This document shows positions 12,817-24,230 of a stretch of 64,000 nt of DNA, in pieces. The stretch comes from Callorhinchus milii. Lineage: Eukaryota. The position numbers were made by a program, and so were the translations under genes. Where the stretch lies: contig NW_024704742.1 in the NCBI RefSeq assembly GCF_018977255.1, forward strand, positions 79,548,001 to 79,612,000, in the 5' to 3' direction. The notes below the pieces were generated by a model that was not told the origin of the DNA, did not search any database, and was given only the letters and a program-made list of their open reading frames with translations. The first letter of the stretch is position 1, and the number at the start of each line of letters is the position of its first letter.

Positions 12817-13200
12817 ATAATAATAATTATACTTGCATTTGATACAGTGCCTTATCACATTGTTGAGACATATCAAAGTGCTTCACAGAATATACTGTAA
12901 AGTGAATTGTTTGTATATTTTGTGGGGGAAACCCTGCAGCCAATTGTGCACAGCAGTGTCCCACAAACAATCGTGGATTCAGTGATAACTTTTTTTTAAG
13001 GGATTATTAAACTAATCAACTTGCAACAGGGTTCATACTTCCTGTTTACATTGAAACATCCAACTGCCCAAGAGCTTTCTACAGAGCATTAAATAGGTCA
13101 TTTATACAGAGGCATGTGTCATAAGGAAACTTGGTTTCGTCCTGCCCACGAATCGAAAGTGGGTCCTCTCGATTGTGAGCGAGTGTGCTAAGCAATATAC
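12817..13200 (-). mobile_element. SINE, older CORE-complete subfamily
   Basis: Reverse complement of the 10553 type with a head remnant at 13130-13200; contains a 40-bp foreign insert. Confidence 0.75.
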
Positions 13201-14894
13201 TTTCTTAGAAGGGTTCCACGGATGGGGGCATAGTGGCTGCCAGTGGTGGTAAGAAAGAGTCGAGGGATGTGCAGCAGGCCTGAGTTTGCAGAGTAGAAGA
13301 AGCGAGCAGGAAACTGGGACTAGAAGAGATTAAGGATCAGGGAGGAGGGGAGGATTTAGCACAAATTGTACATGATCCATCAGGATGAATAGACTTGATC
13401 ACTTATTCTTATCTGCAAGACCAGCTGGCACCAATAGTTTATTTGTTAGGGTATTTTGTCAGAGATGCCATACTTGCACCAATAAATATATTTGCCATGA
13501 CACAGGAGTTGGCAGCATATCACTAAGCTCTGACTTCATATCCATTAATTTTTCAGTGCCAAATTAAGAAATAGCCAACAGCAAAGAGATTCAAAATTTA
13601 TATCTGCAACTTGGGTCCCCACTCTCTTTGTTCAGCGTGGGGTGATGTTGGATTTATGGTCCTTTTATAATCATACCCAAGAGTGCTCTGACAGCATTAT
13701 TACTGGCTACATTCAGAATAGTCAAAAGAGAACATTAATAATATGTCCGAGGTATCAATCATTTGCACCAGGTAAAAGAAAACAACAAAAGCTTATTATA
13801 TCCTGGCTTGAAACACAAATTAATGTTCAATTTTTAAAAGAAAAGAAACTTTAAAACTGGATTATAAGGAAGTGAGTAGTTTTTAAGTAATTAGGTCTAA
13901 TAAATAATGGCTTGTAAAGGTTTGCAGCCCCTAATTCAGGCCTCCAGAGAACTGTTAGAAATATCGGCAATAAATCACAGGATTGTGCCTTGGGTTATTT
14001 TTAGCTGTGTAAGGAGGCTCTGGCGATGCATTTAAAATGAGAAATATTTGAAAATATTGCACCAATAAAGCAAAAGGACTTTGCAGTTATACAATGGAAG
14101 AAAAAGTTTAAATAAAATTGCAAAATCCTCACACATTTGCCACCATCTTGGCTCCTTCTCCCCTAATAGAGAATCTCAGTCATTGAGTTGAGTTTTTGCT
14201 TCTTGCAAGAGAGTTACTGCAATGTTCATGTTCTGAATTTTTTTCTGAATAAATACTTCTTTATCTATAGAGGAAGAATATTAATCAGTTTGCTTCTTAT
14301 CACTGTAGGGTCAGCACACAGCCTCACAAATGAAAAATTAGACATTGTTGGAGGGGAGCTGTGACATTGAGCTGAGAAATTCAGTGTCCTGAAGGTTAAG
14401 CTATTGGTGTTTCTCTCAGCTCCTCTTTCATCATTAAATTGGCTAATCTATACAAGAGGTATGTCTGATTCCATTCCTAACCTACAATAATAAAATTAGA
14501 GTATTTAAATGAACATTATAACAACAACGTATGTTAATACAGCACCCTTCACATAGGATGATGTCTCCGAGCATTTCACAGGGTGGATTCAATGCCAAGC
14601 AAGGATGGAGGAGGATAGGGAGGTGATTGATCTAAGATGTTGTTTTGTTTAGCAGTGGTTTAAAGACAGATTAAAAAAAGGGGTGAGATGGAGGGAGGGA
14701 GTTCCAGAGGTTAGGGGGATAGCTGAAAGTTTGGCCACCGCTGACGGGCAGAGGAAGCCAGGGCGCACTGCAAGCCTGATATAGTGAACCAGAGGGGCGA
14801 GCAGAGGAGTGGAGTAGGAGATCATAGAGATAGGGAGGGTTTAGCACCCTTAAAATTGATGCACTGGGAGATAAAGAGACAGTGGAGTTGAATG

Positions 14895-15685
14895 CCGCTG
14901 GCAGCATCAGCCTCCACGGCTGCTCACTCAACCTCACTAAGCCAGTCAGGAATCTGCGTGTCTTGTTTGACCCTGAACTGTCCTTTCTCCCCCACATCCG
15001 CGCCATGACCGGCACTGCCTACCACCACCTCTGCAACATTGCCAGACTCCACCACCGACTCACCCCTCAGGCTGCCCAAACCCTCACCCATGCACTCGTC
15101 ACCTCAAGGCTTGATTACGGGAACTCCCTCCTCATCGGCCTTCCCAACTCTTCCCTTCACAAGCTGCAGATCATCCAAAACTCTGCATCTCATGTACTCT
15201 CGCGCACCAGGCTCCGCGACCCCATCACTCCCACCCTCGTCCGACTCCACTGGCTCCCCATCCCCCGGAGGATCGAGTTCAAGATCCTCATCCTCACCTT
15301 TAAGGCCATCCATGGCCTTGCCCCCTCCTACCTCTCTGACCTGCTGACTCCCTACTAACCTGCCCACTCTCCATTCATCGAGCTCCGGCCTGCTCCATGT
15401 CTCCTGCCTGACCCGCCCTACCATCGGTGGGGCTTTCAGCCTCTCTGCCCCCACACTTTGGAACTACATCCCATGGACCCTTCGCCTCGCTTCCTCCCTT
15501 GCTTCCTTTAAGGCCGGTCTCAAGACCCTTCTCTTCGTCAATGCCTTTGGTTTCCCTCCCATCTCTCTTCCTTCCCTCATCCCTACACTACCCTTCCCCC
15601 ATGCTCAGGCCCCGACACCTAACTGCGCTTTGGGACGTCCTTCCAACATGAAAGACGCTCTATAAATGTAATTTTGTTGTTGTTG
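14895..15685 (+). mobile_element. L2 LINE 3' fragment with target-site duplication
   Basis: ORF contains VRNLRVLFDPELSF, ALVTSRLDYGNSLLIGLP and LHWLPIPRRIEFKIL; (TTG)n tail; GTTGAATG duplicated at 14887-14894 and 15682-15689. Confidence 0.95.
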
Positions 15686-15799
15686 AATGATGATTGGAGT
15701 CTTGGGCTTGTGGGTGATGGAGCTTTGAATAAGCTTGTATATGGTGAAACTTGGGGACAGATGAGGACCGTATTGAAGAAGTTGAGTTGGGACTTAAAT

Positions 15800-16318
15800 A
15801 ACAACAACAACAAGATTCCATTTATAGAGCGCCTTTCACGTCGGGAGGACGTCCCAAGGTGCTGTACAGTTGGGTCGGGACCCGAGTAGGGGGGAAATGG
15901 TTAGGGTGAGGGGAGGGAAGGGAGGGAGTCGAGAGGGGAGCTCAAGGCACGGTCAAAGAGAAAGGTCTTGAGACTGGCCTTGAAGGAGAAAAGGGAGGAG
16001 GCGGCGAAGGCACTGGGGGATAGAGTTCCAGAGCCTCGAGGCTGAGAGGCTGAAGGACCGGCCACCGATTGTAGGGCGGTTGGGGCGGGGGATGTGGAGC
16101 AGACCGGAGCCAGAGGAACGGAGGTTACAGGCAGGTAAGTAGGGGGATAGTAGGTCGGAGAGGTAGGAGGGAGCAAGGCCGTGAATGGCCTTGTAGGTGA
16201 GGATGAGGATCTTGAATTCGATCCTCTGGGGGATGAGGAGCCAGTGGAGGCGAGCGAGGGTGGGAGTGATGTGGTCGCGAAGCCTGGTGCGGGACAGTAC
16301 ACGAGCTGCAGAGTTCTG
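15800..16318 (-). mobile_element. L2 LINE 3' fragment
   Basis: CAA repeat, stem-loop and ORF2 C-terminus (SFKASLKTFLFDRA). Confidence 0.92.
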
Positions 16319-17037
16319 AAGGGTTTCAGCAGCTATTTACATGGGATAGGGATAAATGTCGGTAATGCGGCAATTGTGAATATAAGCGGTCTTGGTCAGG
16401 GACCAAACATGCGGAAGGAAGGAGAGCTGAGAATCAAACATCAGCAGAACACTGAGTAATATTTAAAACTTTTGCATTCACTACCAGCCATTTACAATGT
16501 TTGACTACAAAATACACATCGTTACACTTTGTAGTATAAGCTGTGAAGCACTTTGACAAGCCCTACCAGTATCAAAGGCGCTATATTAAATGTAAGGATT
16601 ACTATTTATTATTATTACTTATAGCAACAACTTGCACTTATACACCACCTTATAAACATAGTTAAATATCTCAAAATGCTTTACTGAAATGTGAGTCAAG
16701 CGGGGTAGAAGATGGGGGAGGGGGATGGAGGGAGGGAGAGTGTGTTTGGTAGAAGGGAGATGATCAAAAGCACAGTCAAAGAACAACAACAACTTGCATT
16801 TATATAGCGCCCCTCATGCAGGGTGCGCCCCAGAGTGCTTAAAGCAAGTAGGTTTTTAAAAAGGTTTATTATTACATCTTTTACAGATTTTAAGGGTGTT
16901 TCTATAATTGTGAGACAGAGGCATTGGTCACAATTATATAATGGAGGGAGGCATTCTTATGCATATGAAAGGAGGTAATAAAGTGGAGTGTGAACACGGG
17001 TATATAACATCACCTGACTTGTACAGCAATAAATGCA

Positions 17038-17330
17038 GGTGACAGTTTGGCTCTGTTGGTAGCACTTGCACCTTTAGGTCAGAAAGTTGTGAGTTGAAAT
17101 GTTGGGACTTGAGCTCGTGGTCTAGGCCGGCACGCCAGTGTAGTGCTGACAACTTCTGGTGTCATGGCCAACAATCTAGCAGATGAGTTGATCATTCGCC
17201 TCGGGGCTGTTTGTAGGATATTGCTGTGTGTAAATGCTTCTGCTTTTGCCTACTAGAAACTACACTTTACATAAGTTCTTTAAAGCCCTTTAATACGTTG
17301 CAGGCATGGTAAAAAATGCAAATTTGTCTA
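17038..17330 (+). mobile_element. Deu-domain SINE with internal deletion
   Basis: Head TGGCTCTGTTGGTAGCACT...GTCAGAAAGTTGTGAGTTG joined to the 3' body. Confidence 0.6.
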
Positions 17331-17571
17331 CTGTAGTACTTAGTTCTGTACACACCAGCCTTATTGTTAACAAACAATGCTGCAGCTATTTACCATCTTT
17401 GACTCAGCTAGTGAAGGACACAACGTGAATCATTACGCTGCCTCTTTGTAGATAAGAGGAAAATATTGGGCTGCACCTCTCCCATCATACCAGACACCTG
17501 CTTCCTCTGGGCTAACCATGAAGCATCCCTAACTAAAATTATGAAGAGAGTCTGCCCTTCCATTTAACAGT

Positions 17572-18003
17572 GTGTCAACCTGGCTCAGCTGATTGCACTT
17601 GAAGCCTTGAGTCAGAAGGTTGTGGGTTCAAGACCCATGTCAGGAGTTTGAACTCACATAGTCTAAAGTGACACTCAAACGCAGTCCTTGGGGTGTGCTG
17701 TATTGTTGGAGGTTGCTGTTCTTCTGATAAGACATTAAACTGAGGCCCCATCTGCCTATTCAGGTGGATGTTAAAGATTTTATGGCATTATTCGTAAAGC
17801 AAAGGGAGATTCTCCCAGGGTTCTGGTCAAAAGTCCCCCAAATAAAATTGATCATTCACTCCATGGCTGTTTGTGGGATATTGCTGTCTGTAAATTAGCT
17901 GTCATGTTCACCAATAACATAGTCACACCACTTTACAATATATCCTTGAAGCACATTCTCCCGACATGAAAGGCGCCTATCAAATGTAAGGATTATTATT
18001 ATA
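17572..18003 (+). mobile_element. Full-length Deu-domain SINE (SacSINE1-like)
   Basis: tRNA head (TGGCTCAG...GGTTCAAGAC), Deu block GACATTAAACTGAGGCCCCATCTGCCTATTCAGGTGGATGTTAAAGAT, L2-like tail ending in GGATTATTATT. Confidence 0.85.
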
Positions 18004-18339
18004 ACAGCTTGAGTGGCAAGAGACAACATTATGTACTAAAATGTTATATGTCTTTGACAAATCAAAGCTTCAAAAGATTGCAGAAAATGGGGTTTAATTT
18101 ATGATATTTTTGAACTGGTTTCCTTTGTATTCCCATCGACATGTGGGATCTCCACTCTGGAAATACATTGTGTCAGAGTGGAATTCCCAGCAGACGGGAT
18201 GATGTTTTTCCAGCTTCCCGACAGACTACAGTTACGTAATTCAGATTCTTTATGAAGAAATAATAGCAAATTCACAGGCAATGAATATTAAAGTGTTCAA
18301 TTAGATGAAAAAACTTCTGAAAAAATGTTTTTTGATACA

Positions 18340-18743
18340 TTTTTTTTAATCACGCTTCAAAATGCTTCACTCAATAAGTAATGTCAAACTGTATATCTCA
18401 TCACATATTCAGATAGAATAATTGATGCAGATTTATAATGTGTGTGCTTCAATAATTTTATCTAGGTGAAAATCAACTCAAACATCAATAACATGCACTT
18501 GTTTCTTATCACCCAGCATCAGCCTCAAGTCATATTATGACTGCATGTTTAACCATGCTAAAGTACCACTTTTTCATAGCAGAACTGTTTGCAAAATAAA
18601 TAGCTAAAACAATCAATGCCTCATGCAGTGTAACAAAGAACAAGCAGCTGGAAATGTTCTTTTTTTAATCATGCCTCAAAGTGCTTCACTCAATACATTA
18701 TGTCAAACTGTATGTCTAATCACATATTCAGATGCAATAATTG
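18340..18743 (+). repeat. Local direct duplication of about 84 bp (18340-18424 and 18660-18743)
   Basis: Manual alignment gives about 10 mismatches in 84 nt. Confidence 0.85.
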
Positions 18744-18748
18744 TTTTA

Positions 18749-19033
18749 GGAGTGCTGTAGCTCAGTGGTTAGAGCACTCGTAAGTGAGAGACCCCGGCTG
18801 GGCGAAACCTTGGGCAAGATTCCTTACTCCACACTCCTGGTAATAATCCCTCAAGAAAGAAATAAAATAACATTGGTCACTTCAATCAATGGCTATTTGT
18901 GGGACACTGATGTGCGCAATTGGCTGCCACGTTTCGCCCAAAATATACAGTCAATTCACTTAACAGGATATTCTGTGAAAAGATAGAAGACGTGAAAAGC
19001 GCTATATCAAATGCAGGGATTATTATTATTATT
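18749..19033 (+). mobile_element. Young tRNA(Ala) SINE with small internal deletions
   Basis: Same layout as 6620-6947. Confidence 0.88.
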
Positions 19034-19711
19034 TTGCAAGCTTGCTTCAGTAGTCTCAAATCTCCTGGCTGGACAAGGGAAAGGGGAAATCCATGTGGGT
19101 TCTTGTCTGTTATTACTATCAGTGACAACTTTTGGTAAATGCTCATGTGTGGGTACCGGGTGAGGAGAAGATGACATCTTTTTACTCCTTTTTACTCCTT
19201 TCCCTTTCATCTAATATGTTGCCTCTATTAGCACACTGGAGCATGCCTATTTAGATGAAGTCCTGGAGTGTGGGTGTCCAGTATTTTCATAGGAAAAACA
19301 TTTTGCACTCCCTATAGAGATACACTGAGTGGGTTAGTCTCAAGACTCCTGGGGCGATTGGTAAATTCTCTATATTTGATCAGAGAATATGAATTTTGAC
19401 CGTCCTCAGAAGATCAACTGTGGAAAAGTAACTTTTTTTTAGAAATAAGCAAGGTTATGGTGTAGAATTAACAAAACAAATATCTTTATGTAGTTATTAA
19501 ATATTAAATTATATTGTAGGACCTTAGACAATCTTTCTAAACTTACCTCACCTGGACTGTGCAATGTGTTTTGCTAATGTTCAAAACTCTAATGAATTCA
19601 ATGAGAAAGACAGATTTCCTCCACTCACTCCTTTTGAAAAATCATGTATTTTAAGCATCGTTTTATCTCCTATAAAAATATTGTATTTACCAAAGAAAAG
19701 TCTCCTACTGA

Positions 19712-19885
19712 AACAACAACTTACGTTTATATAGCGTCCTTCATGAGTGGAAGCGTCTTGGAGCAGTTAACAGTTTTGGAGCCTGTCGCCGAGCAGGGAT
19801 GGGGGGATGGGGAGGAGGAAGTGACAATAAGCACAGTCAAAGAGAAAGGTCTTCAGTTGTGATCTAAAAGAGGGGAGGGATTAGG
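19712..19885 (-). mobile_element. L2 3' end fragment
   Basis: AACAACAACTTACGTTTATATAGCG tail plus G-rich 3' UTR. Confidence 0.7.
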
Positions 19886-20156
19886 GGCAAGTCACTTAAA
19901 TACAAGCCCAGTTTGCTCTGTCTAGTATTCTATTGCATTGCAAATTGTGTCATTTGTGAAATATAAGAATGGCAGAATTGTTGACCTGCTGTAGGCTTTT
20001 ATTTATAATAGATGTGAGTCATAACCATGGGATCTTCATACTGAGATTTTGACATGACAGCCGAACGTGTGATATTTCCAGGAATATCTCTATTGCAAAA
20101 ATATATTGCAATACAACTTGGATTGATGCTTGCCCTTCTCAGTGTTTGCATATCTC

Positions 20157-20170
20157 GTCACCATGGCAAC
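20157..20170. promoter_or_regulatory. RFX X-box motif (candidate)
   Basis: GTCACCATGGCAAC fits GTNRCCATGGYAAC and lies in repeat-free sequence. Confidence 0.5.
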
Positions 20171-20611
20171 AGTTCATAGCTGTGCTCGGAGCTGGTCTCA
20201 GAAGTTCTCTGACTTCAAATGCAAAATACTTAACTATTACTGGATGGTGGGTGCTTTGACATATTTCCCTTTAGGGTTTTGTGTGTGAAAATGGGTGCTG
20301 TTGCCAAGACATTAAATTAATGCCGGCTTTAATTATCACCACACATAATAATATTTATGGTAAATATCACATGATTCCCACTGAACAGAGTGTGAAACAC
20401 GAACCAGCCAATAAATGGCAGCAACCCCTCCCACAGGGCTTGCTCATCCCCCATTACTGCTCTGATGCTGTAGATTTTTGTTTTTAAATTGTAGGCCCTA
20501 TGGAGTGTGTTAACAATCATATGTTGTTGCTTTCTGGGCTGCACATCACACTCAACATCATCATGAACATACTGTTAATTAAACTATTAAACTTATTATC
20601 AAACTTACTTT

Positions 20612-20890
20612 TCATCTGTTTACCTAGCAGTAAGTAGGAACCCGGCTGTTATTTGAATGGTAGATTGCTTTCTGGGACAATAATCCCTTCAAATAAATAA
20701 ATAAATAAATAAATAAAATATTTGGTCACTCAATTCATGACTCTGTGGGATACTACTGTGCCGCATTTCGCCCACAAAATATACTGTCAATTCACTTTAC
20801 AGTATATTCTGTGAAGCGCTTTGAGGTGTCTCAGTGATGTGGCGCAATATCAAATGCAAGGATTATTATTATTAATTATTATTATTATGT
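20612..20890 (+). mobile_element. SINE, older CORE-complete subfamily, 5'-truncated
   Basis: CTGTTTACCTAGCAGTAAGTAGGAACCCGG block, shared 3' part, (ATT)n tail. Confidence 0.8.
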
Positions 20891-21101
20891 ATTTCATGCT
20901 AGACAGCGTCTTAGAGCAACAAGCAGTGGTAAATTACAATTTGCGCTCCTCAATGGTTTGCATACAAATAGAATTAACAGCAATCCCATTTCCTTATAAC
21001 TGCACTTGTCTTTTTGTGGCTAATCTCAGTTTTTCTGGTTTCTGCCTCTCCTCCGCCAGTTTCTCACTTGCATTTTCCTTTTGCTTCTCCTCACTGTCTA
21101 G

Positions 21102-21237
21102 GTCAGAGAAATCAGAGTTACTCTGGAAGCTGGGGCAGAGCCATGCTCCTTGGCACTGTTGAAAAGGCTCTGTAGCAAGGAAAAGCTTCAGCCAGGAGAA
21201 CAGTGTGGACATCCACAGCTCTGATGCAAGAGTGACG
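21102..21237 (+). other. Candidate non-coding (5' UTR or lncRNA) exon, 136 nt
   Basis: About 100-nt pyrimidine tract ending CTGTCTAG, donor ACG|GTGAGC; all three frames contain stop codons. Confidence 0.5.
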
Positions 21238-22094
21238 GTGAGCTCCTTTCATGCGTGTGCATTAGACAGCAAAACACAACACAACACAAACTATTGGCAA
21301 CCGCAATAACTTTAATATATAATGAAATTAACTCTGCAAAAAAAATGGTTACTGATTGGCAAGTCACGGATTTCCAATTGACTTATCCCTGCACCATCTA
21401 CACTGGACTATGACTTTGTTGGTAACTCTTTTATTCAAAATTCTGTACCCAAGAAATTCCAGCTCTGTAATACACTCAGAGGCCAAGGAGATCATTGGTA
21501 AAAGCTGTCGCACATCTCCTAAATAGTTTGGCTTTAAACCTGCCACCACTGAATATGAAGCCCACCTTCTACAATTACAGCCCTGGACTGTTTAATAGCA
21601 GTACCATTGTGCACTGGTTTGTAAGCTGAAGGTATTCTTATCTCTAGTTTCTGAGTCGTTTTCTCTTGGTAGGACAGGGGTCATTTCGAAAATGGATCAC
21701 AGCACAATCTTATTCAGGAAATACAAGTCCTGTCTTTGCTTTCTATTCACTAATGTGGTGTAAATGCTTCCATGACGACGTTTATCTACAGGACCTTAAA
21801 ATACTTATTGCAGATATTTATCATTTGTTCTTGGTGTCATAGCTTTAGTAGGATGAAGCAGAGCCAAGAAATTATAGAGATAAGTAAACAAGAGCGCAGA
21901 AATCCAGCAAAGGGAATGCTTACCAAGCTCATATCTATAATGCCACAACCAATTGTTTGTTAAATGATATGTGCTCTCACGGTATGAATGGGGGTATTTT
22001 CAGCTTTATAGCCAGTGACCACATCAACTGCGCTCATACGTTACTGCATATGACTCTGCTGCAGTGTAGTGCATTGTTATGTCTATATGAGTGT

Positions 22095-22131
22095 GGGGTG
22101 AGGGGTGGGGGTGGGGGTTGGGGGGGGAGGG
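22095..22131 (+). other. Potential G-quadruplex
   Basis: Six G-runs (five of at least 4 G) with 1-3 nt loops. Confidence 0.55.
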
Positions 22132-22551
22132 TGTATTTTTTTTGTCTGAAATTGTTGTCTGAAAGGCTGTACTCTGTCCAGCGCCTTGGGACGTCCTCCC
22201 GGCGTGAAAGGAGCTATACTAATGTAATCTTGTTGTTGTTAAGTGTTAATGTTTGAATGATGTGTTGAAACAGGATTTTTATTTGCATTGGGAAGGCTGG
22301 TGATGTTTTATTGATCAGCTAAAAGTGCCAGCATTCTAGCCAGTTACTGAACCAGGCCTCTGGGATGGTGTCCCTCCCAAGGGACACCATCCGCTGACCG
22401 TTTAAAGGTGTCATCTCTAGTATGGCACTCTGGACCTGCACAGGGTAGCAAATGCTGGGAATAGGGCAACTTAGGTACAAATAGGCAAATACAATGACAG
22501 CATAGAAGAGGACCATTCAGCCATTCGTACTATTTGCAATGGTGTTCTATA

Positions 22552-22912
22552 TTAATAATCTGTGCATTTGATACAACGTCTATAATGTCAAAATGTCTCA
22601 AAGCATTTCACAGGTGATTTCTGGCAAGTCACTGTGTGTTCACTACAAATTCATTGAAAAACACAGCAGCCAATTTGCCCACAGCAGGCCCTACAAACAG
22701 CCATGAAATGAATGATCAACGTATCTGGGGCAATGTTGGCCAGGCCATCAGGAGAAATTGCCTTTTCTGTATGAATAGTTCCATAGGATCTTTAATGTCC
22801 AAAATAACAGGCAGAATGAACCTTATTTCACATCTCATTCAAAGGACGTCACCTCCAACAATGCAGCACACCCCAGCAATACACTGAAGTGTCAGCATAA
22901 AGTGTAAGCTCA
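22552..22912 (-). mobile_element. Deu-domain SINE (degenerate)
   Basis: Tail and Deu block on the reverse strand. Confidence 0.65.
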
Positions 22913-23229
22913 ATTTTGACCCAGACTGACTTTGCGTAAAAGTTTTCTGTATTTCAGGACTATACCTGTTAATGATTGACCACTAGATGACAGCACAACG
23001 CTCCCTGTAAGTAGTTTCTTCCTTTTCGGATCCAAAGTCTGGTATTTTTGTTTAGAAATGATGTTGAATGGTACTGCACGTTGTAGGCTCGAGAATGACC
23101 TTAGTTTTTGTTTTAGTAAATATTTATTTTTCCAATTGATCTGTGAAAGAGGGGTGAAATCCGTGCTCTCTCTGCCCCAAAATGCCCAAAAATGAACAGA
23201 GACGAGAGAAACTATTTGTTGGGAGTGTT

Positions 23230-23248
23230 GGACTGCCACCTAGTGCTC
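23230..23248 (-). promoter_or_regulatory. CTCF-like motif (candidate)
   Basis: Reverse strand GAGCACTAGGTGGCAGTCC matches the CTCF core. Confidence 0.45.
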
Positions 23249-23668
23249 AATAATTAACCACAGTGAGAGTTATGAAACACCGCAAACTTTCCCTTCAAAT
23301 TTTCCTAAAGGGTTTGAACATGTATACATTGATCAGTATTGTATCCATTTTTTTAAAAACAAAATTAGGGTTTTAGAAACCACCATACTTCCTCTAAGGA
23401 TAATGAGTCCATTTCTTCCTTGTACCATTTTTCATATACCAAAAGAGTTGCAATAGATACTTTTGCATATGAGGTACTTGGGCCTGCAGCCTTGCTCTGT
23501 ACAAATCATGTTGTTGGTCACAGTCAGGCTTAGGAAATGTCTGCTCAACTCTGCCTGCATACTCTCCATGTGACGTGTGTCAAGTGAACCTTTTTTGAGC
23601 GAGCCCAATGGCATACAGTAATAATGTTCTTGTGCTTGAATAAGTGTCCACTGGTACCAACCCAGCAG

Positions 23669-24033
23669 AATACAATACAAAATTACATTTGTATAGCTCC
23701 TTTCACATCGGTAAGATGTCCCAAAGATGTGGAGCAGGCCAGAGCCTGCTGAGCAGAGGGAGAGGATAGGTTGATATGGGTCAGCAGATCGCAGAGGTAA
23801 GAAGGGCAAGGCTGTGGAGGGCCTTGAAGGCGAAGATGAGGATTTTGAACTCTATCCTCTGGGGGACGGGGAGTCAATAGAACCAGGCGAGGGTAGAGGT
23901 GATGGGGTCACAGAGCCTTGTGCAGGAGAAGACATGAGCTGAAGAGTTCTGGATGATCTGCCAGCTTGTGGAGTGAAGAATTGGGAGGGCCGACAAGCAG
24001 AGAGTTGGCGTAGTCGAGCCTAGATGTGATGAA
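23669..24033 (-). mobile_element. L2 3' fragment with internal deletion
   Basis: Tail and stem-loop joined directly to the ORF2 SRLDYANSLL...P region, with about 200 nt missing. Confidence 0.85.
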
Positions 24034-24230
24034 TGGAGAGCAGAAACATGTGGAATATGTTCTGCTCACAACCAGATAACTGCAAAAGGAATGCTAACGG
24101 TGCTCCTGAACAGGAGCATTTCCCAGCGAGTTCTGCTCTTTGAATTTATGCATTCTAACTCAAGAATGAAAGATGTAAATATTTAAGTATTTGAATATTT
24201 AAATATTTAAGATGTTTAAAGATTTAAAAA

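Larger units (their letters stand above)
14518..16455 (-). mobile_element. Old L2 hosting two younger L2 insertions
   Basis: Degenerate segments at 14518-14886, 15690-15799 and 16319-16455 are collinear with an L2 3' end. Confidence 0.6.

Noticed and set aside
19540..19600. Strong tandem minus-strand donors (CAG|GTGAG|GTAAGT)
   Set aside because: The upstream acceptor is weak and the peptide is unrecognisable; not supportable without RNA data
20994..21212. Minus-strand ORF with a charged, protein-like tail (SDLDSEEKQKENASEKL)
   Set aside because: The E/K richness is the reverse complement of the plus-strand pyrimidine tract, and there are no good minus-strand splice sites
24034..24140. Short hairpins (TGCTCCTG-AA-CAGGAGCA and AGAGCAGAA/TTCTGCTCT)
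   Set aside because: Too short to distinguish a MITE remnant from chance
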